Shown here in pieces: positions 60,738 through 64,000 of a stretch of 64,000 bases of DNA. Both the position numbers and the translations under genes were made by a program. The DNA is from Thermoplasmata archaeon. Lineage in GTDB: Archaea > Thermoplasmatota > Thermoplasmata > Lutacidiplasmatales > UBA184. Position 1 is the stretch's first letter. Every line of letters starts with the position of its first letter. Under the pieces are notes generated by a model. It made no database searches and was not told where the DNA came from. It worked only from the letters and a program-made list of their open reading frames with translations. The DNA lies in assembly GCA_021819135.1 (NCBI GenBank), contig JAKASE010000001.1, forward strand, positions 75,375 to 139,374, written 5' to 3'.

Positions 60738-61075
60738 GGTTCCGCCTCCTTGAGCCGGACCCAATCGCTCCCCCGGACGACCGAGCCCTCGCCGTAGAGC
60801 CGACCGAGGACGCTGTCGATCTCGGCGGGCGAATACGCCATCGATACCAGCCGGTCCCGGAGGGTCTGTTCTCCGTAGCCCGCTGAGTTGCCGGCGAGTT
60901 CGCGTTGGAGAGCTGAGACCCCCTCCGCAATCCGTCGGTCGTGTTCGGAGTCTCCCGCTCTCGGCTCGGGCGGATCCGGGCCGTGGCCTGGGGTCGGTCC
61001 GGAGATGTGCCGCCACCTACCGCGCTCGTCAGAGGATGGGGTGTCGGCGGCATGTGGGTCTGACAACTGGCCCAT
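60734..61075 (-). CDS. hypothetical protein (113 aa)
   Basis: ATG 61075; lies between intron 5' end and downstream coupled ORF. Confidence 0.4.
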   Translation of the reverse strand: MGQLSDPHAADTPSSDERGRWRHISGPTPGHGPDPPEPRAGDSEHDRRIAEGVSALQRELAGNSAGYGEQTLRDRLVSMAYSPAEIDSVLGRLYGEGSVVRGSDWVRLKEAEP

Positions 61076-61171
61076 CGCGCGTACACCCGCCTGCGCGGAC
61101 GCGGTAGGCGGTACACCGTTCGTGGGAGGTTGTGAGAGCGACGTGTCCACGTCCCCCTTTTTCCCGTCAGA

Positions 61172-63036
61172 GTGCGCCGAGCAACCATGGAGACCAGCAA
61201 CGACCCAAGCTACACGGTAAGTCGTAGCGGAAGGCAGGGTGTCGGGGGAAACCCCGAATCTGAAGGGCCTGACCCGCAAGCTCGTGGGCCGAAGGAAGAC
61301 GAACCGACAACCAGCCTCCTCGCGGAAGGACGACCCTGTTCTGACGGGGGGAAGTCGTGTGTGGCGTACGGCGAGGAGGTGTGTGAGGTCGGCACGCGGG
61401 TATCGGGCCTCCATGGTGACCTCGGGATGCCCTCGGTCCTCCCGGCCGTGGCAAGGAAGGAAGCCTCGGGGTTGGGACCCCGATGGCGAATGGCCCGAGC
61501 TACGGGAAGGGTAGACCTCGTGGCAACACGAGGACGAAGGGACCAGGGTGGCAGAGGGAGCCGTAGTAGTCGTGACGGCCGGGGAAACCCGGAACGAGCG
61601 AAGGGCTCCCGGTCGGCCAAGGGTGGCGCGGAAAAGACCGGCGGAGTGACTTCCCGAGGGCGGGCACGGAATGGTGGGACGACCCATCCCATCCTCTACG
61701 GAGAGCCGCCAAGGGAGGGGAAGGGCGCGGAGCGCCCTCCGAGTCGGTCGAGTGCCATCGGGGAGAACCACCCATGAAGCCGCTTCCGAAGTGGACGGGG
61801 CAGAAGCATTCCTCGCTGATGCCCCTGCTGTTTCGGAAGAAGACCCTCCAGGCGGCATGGGAGCAGGTGAGGAGGAATGGAGGAGCCCCGGGGATAGACG
61901 GCGAGACGGTGGAGGAGTTCGGAGAACATGCGAAGGAACGGCTGTGGGAACTGTCGGAGGAACTCCGACTGCACACGTGGCAGCCGAAGCCGTTGCGTCG
62001 AGTCTGGATACCGAAGCCGGACGGCCGGAAGCGAGGACTGGCCATCCCGAGCGTGGAGGACCGGGTGGTGCACGCCGCCATCGCCATCGTGCTCTATCCG
62101 ATGTTCGAGGACGTGTTCGGGGAGGCGTGCTTCGCGTATGTCCCGGGGAAGAACGCCCAGCAAGCAGTAGCGCGAGTAGCGGAGAAGGGACGAGCGGGGA
62201 AGGAATGGGTCGTGGAGACCGATGTGGCCTCGTTCTTCGACACGGTGGATCGGCGGCGACTGGTGGGGAAGCTCGCGGCGAGGATCGCGGACGGGAGCTT
62301 CCTTCGACTGGTGGGCCAAGTCGTTCGGTCCGGCGTGCTGGGAGAGCGGACCACAGAGGAGAGTGCCGAGGGAATCCCGCAAGGGAGTCCCCTGTCGCCC
62401 CTCCTGGCGAACATCTATCTCGCGGAGTTTGACCGAGAGGTAGGGAAGCGCTGGGAGTTGACGCGGTATGCCGACGACCTCGTGGTGCAGTGCGCCACGA
62501 GGGAGGAAGCGGAAGCGGCCCAGGAGGAGGTGGAGTCCGCCCTCGGGAACGAAGGGCTGACCATGAAGCCGGAAAAGACGCGTGTGGTGTCGTTGCGAGA
62601 GGGGGTGGACTTTCTGGGGTATCGCATCACCCTCGGGGGCGTCTGGCCCTCGGAGAAGTCGGTGAAGCGGCTTCAGGAGAAGGTACGCTCCCTGACGCTG
62701 CGGCACGAGACGCGTCCGCTGAAGGAAGTGGTGCAACGGGTGATGCCCGTGATTCGCGGGTGGACGAACTACTTCTCGATGACCGAGCCATCTCGGCTCT
62801 GGAACCTGGGGATGTGGATTCTGGACCGAATTCGCCTGTGCGCCGTGAAGCACTGGTGGCGAGTGAAGTGGCAGAAAGAAGCGTCCTCCGCACGGCTGTA
62901 CGGGCTGGGATTGAGGCTACCGTATGTCCTCCTCAAGTGGGGCGCCCGATGAGGCCGAGAAAGCCGTGTGCGCTAAACGCGCCCGCACGGTTTGGGGTGG
63001 CGGACGGCGGGGAGTAACCTCCGCCTCCGACCCTAT
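61172..63036 (+). mobile_element. group II intron (~1.86 kb): 5' GUGCG, domain I-IV with IEP ORF, domain V (62961-62993), domain VI with bulged A, 3' end ~63036
   Basis: GTGCG at 61172-61176; RT/maturase ORF in domain IV; DV AAGCCGUGUGCGC-UAAA-CGCGCCCGCACGGUUU with AGC triad and 2-nt bulge; DVI GGCGGGGAG-UA-A-CCUCCGCC. Confidence 0.75.
61774..62952 (+). CDS. group II intron-encoded reverse transcriptase/maturase (RT + X domains, no endonuclease domain)
   Basis: RT blocks: RVWIPKPDGRKRGLAIP (RT1-2), FAYVPGKNAQQAV, SFFDTVDRRRL, IPQGSPLSPLLANIYL (RT5), YADDLVVQC (RT5 YADD); maturase X tail. Confidence 0.9.
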   Translation: MKPLPKWTGQKHSSLMPLLFRKKTLQAAWEQVRRNGGAPGIDGETVEEFGEHAKERLWELSEELRLHTWQPKPLRRVWIPKPDGRKRGLAIPSVEDRVVHAAIAIVLYPMFEDVFGEACFAYVPGKNAQQAVARVAEKGRAGKEWVVETDVASFFDTVDRRRLVGKLAARIADGSFLRLVGQVVRSGVLGERTTEESAEGIPQGSPLSPLLANIYLAEFDREVGKRWELTRYADDLVVQCATREEAEAAQEEVESALGNEGLTMKPEKTRVVSLREGVDFLGYRITLGGVWPSEKSVKRLQEKVRSLTLRHETRPLKEVVQRVMPVIRGWTNYFSMTEPSRLWNLGMWILDRIRLCAVKHWWRVKWQKEASSARLYGLGLRLPYVLLKWGAR

Positions 63037-64000
63037 AGAAGGGGGTGGCGGCACATCTCCGGGAGGTTTCGGCGGATCCCCCTTCCTTCCCGCGCCTTCG
63101 TGGGTCGGCTCGGGCGGTGGGGTGACCCGAGCCTTGACCCCTCGAAGGAACGTTCTCTTCTCCTTCCCGCGGCGCTCGGAGCTGACGCGGGGGTGAGCCC
63201 GGCGGATCGCGGCCGCGACCTCCCGGGGGCTGGGCGGCTCCTCGACGTTTTCCTCCTCCGCCACCTCGTCCACTCGCTTCACCACGTCGTCCAGGGCGAC
63301 TTCCCCCTCGGGATCGTCTACGAGTTCGTGCTCAGCGACCCACAGAGCCGGGTCGGACGACCGCACCCACTTGTCCGCGATGTCGACCGGGAGCGCGGTG
63401 AAGCGCCCCTGTTTCAGCAACCGACGCGAGGCGTCGAAGAACGTGCGGAAGATCCCCGCCCTCTCCTCGAGGAGCTCGGCGGCGAAATCGGGGCGCTCGT
63501 CCTTCGGTTCCACCTTGACTTCCCAGGCGACGAGAAGGATCCGGACCCAGAACGCCGGGGTGGCCCCGGGGACCCTCGGAAGGCGGTTGCAGGAGAAGAC
63601 GAGCTTCGCCGACGGGCGGAACTTGAACGGGTGCTGATACTTCCGCTGAGCCGAGATCTCGTCCCGACCGCCCGTGAGCTCCTGGACCAGACCGACGTTG
63701 CGGATCAACTTCCACGGAATGTCGCTGCGGACGTTCGCGATTTTGTCGGCGATCTCCGCGGCGAGGAACTTGTCGTCCGCGAGACCCGAGAGGTCGATCG
63801 CGGCGATGTTGTCGGTTCCGTAGACCCCGTTGAGGACGGCCGTGAAGGTCGACTTGCCCGTGGTCGATGGCCCCCACAGGACCAGCATCTTCCGCAGCGA
63901 GTTCCAGGGCCAGAGCAGATAGCCGGAGAACTCGAGGATCGCATCTCTCGTCTCGTGGTTCGGGAGGGCCTGCTCGAGGAACTTCTCGAATCGGGGGCAC
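62917..64000 (-). CDS. phage/plasmid P4-family primase C-terminal / D5-like SF3 helicase, 5' partial (continues beyond window end); C-terminal tail read through antisense intron
   Basis: Frame open to position 64000: ...FSGYLLWPWNSLRKMLVLWGPSTTGKSTF (Walker A) ...ELTGGRDEISAQRKYQHPFKFRPSAKLVFSCNRLP; residues after ~aa 284 map inside intron DV/DVI and RT ORF. Confidence 0.7.
   Translation of the reverse strand, partial: CPRFEKFLEQALPNHETRDAILEFSGYLLWPWNSLRKMLVLWGPSTTGKSTFTAVLNGVYGTDNIAAIDLSGLADDKFLAAEIADKIANVRSDIPWKLIRNVGLVQELTGGRDEISAQRKYQHPFKFRPSAKLVFSCNRLPRVPGATPAFWVRILLVAWEVKVEPKDERPDFAAELLEERAGIFRTFFDASRRLLKQGRFTALPVDIADKWVRSSDPALWVAEHELVDDPEGEVALDDVVKRVDEVAEEENVEEPPSPREVAAAIRRAHPRVSSERRGKEKRTFLRGVKARVTPPPEPTHEGAGRKGDPPKPPGDVPPPPSIGSEAEVTPRRPPPQTVRARLAHTAFSASSGAPLEEDIR

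Overview
This is a high-GC (about 66-68%) archaeal chromosome segment. It encodes EF-1alpha, ribosomal protein S10, an archaeal type IA topoisomerase I with C-terminal zinc ribbons, proteasome alpha subunit, an archaeal-type MBF1 (aMBF1), archaeal NMN adenylyltransferase, membrane LonB and a thiolase/DUF35 pair. The PsmA N-terminus (MQPGQMAYDR) is very similar to that of Thermoplasma, so the organism is probably Thermoplasmatota-like. Archaeal TATA boxes sit about 27-30 nt upstream of several start codons, which suggests leaderless mRNAs.

Positions 1-29800 are ordinary housekeeping genes: citrate synthase, a tuf-rps10-psd-pssA operon, argF, uvrA-uvrC, folD, lon, nadM and a Cys/Met PLP enzyme. 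Positions 29900-35000 hold a native-GC cluster that looks like an archaeal version of the bacterial tapA-sipW-tasA fibre system. It contains a polytopic membrane domain fused to an ER/SipW-type signal peptidase, a large N-glycosylated membrane protein, and a TasA/camelysin-like protein. Both secreted proteins carry SipW-cognate-like signal peptides, and the cluster is bracketed by two convergent HTH_45 winged-helix paralogues. I rate this the most interesting candidate system in the window.

At 35383 a tRNA-Thr is followed directly by a frameshifted tyrosine integrase and a lower-GC cargo island that runs to about 41260; the cargo includes a membrane-anchored Mrr-cat-like nuclease. Beyond it lie a frameshifted SWIM-finger gene translationally coupled to an IS630 transposase, two different IS1634-family elements (the first with a clear 9-bp target duplication) flanking giant sequon-rich surface proteins, a frameshifted GIY-YIG plus Hjc-like nuclease, a PrsW-protease/HTH module, and a 2-kb GC-rich repeat-dense non-coding region. 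The window ends with a complete group II intron (5' GUGCG, RT/maturase ORF, domain V) inserted antisense into the 3' tail of a P4/D5-type primase-helicase gene; the primase gene continues past the window edge.

No rRNA genes or CRISPR arrays were seen. Most long ORFs in alternative frames are high-GC artefacts.
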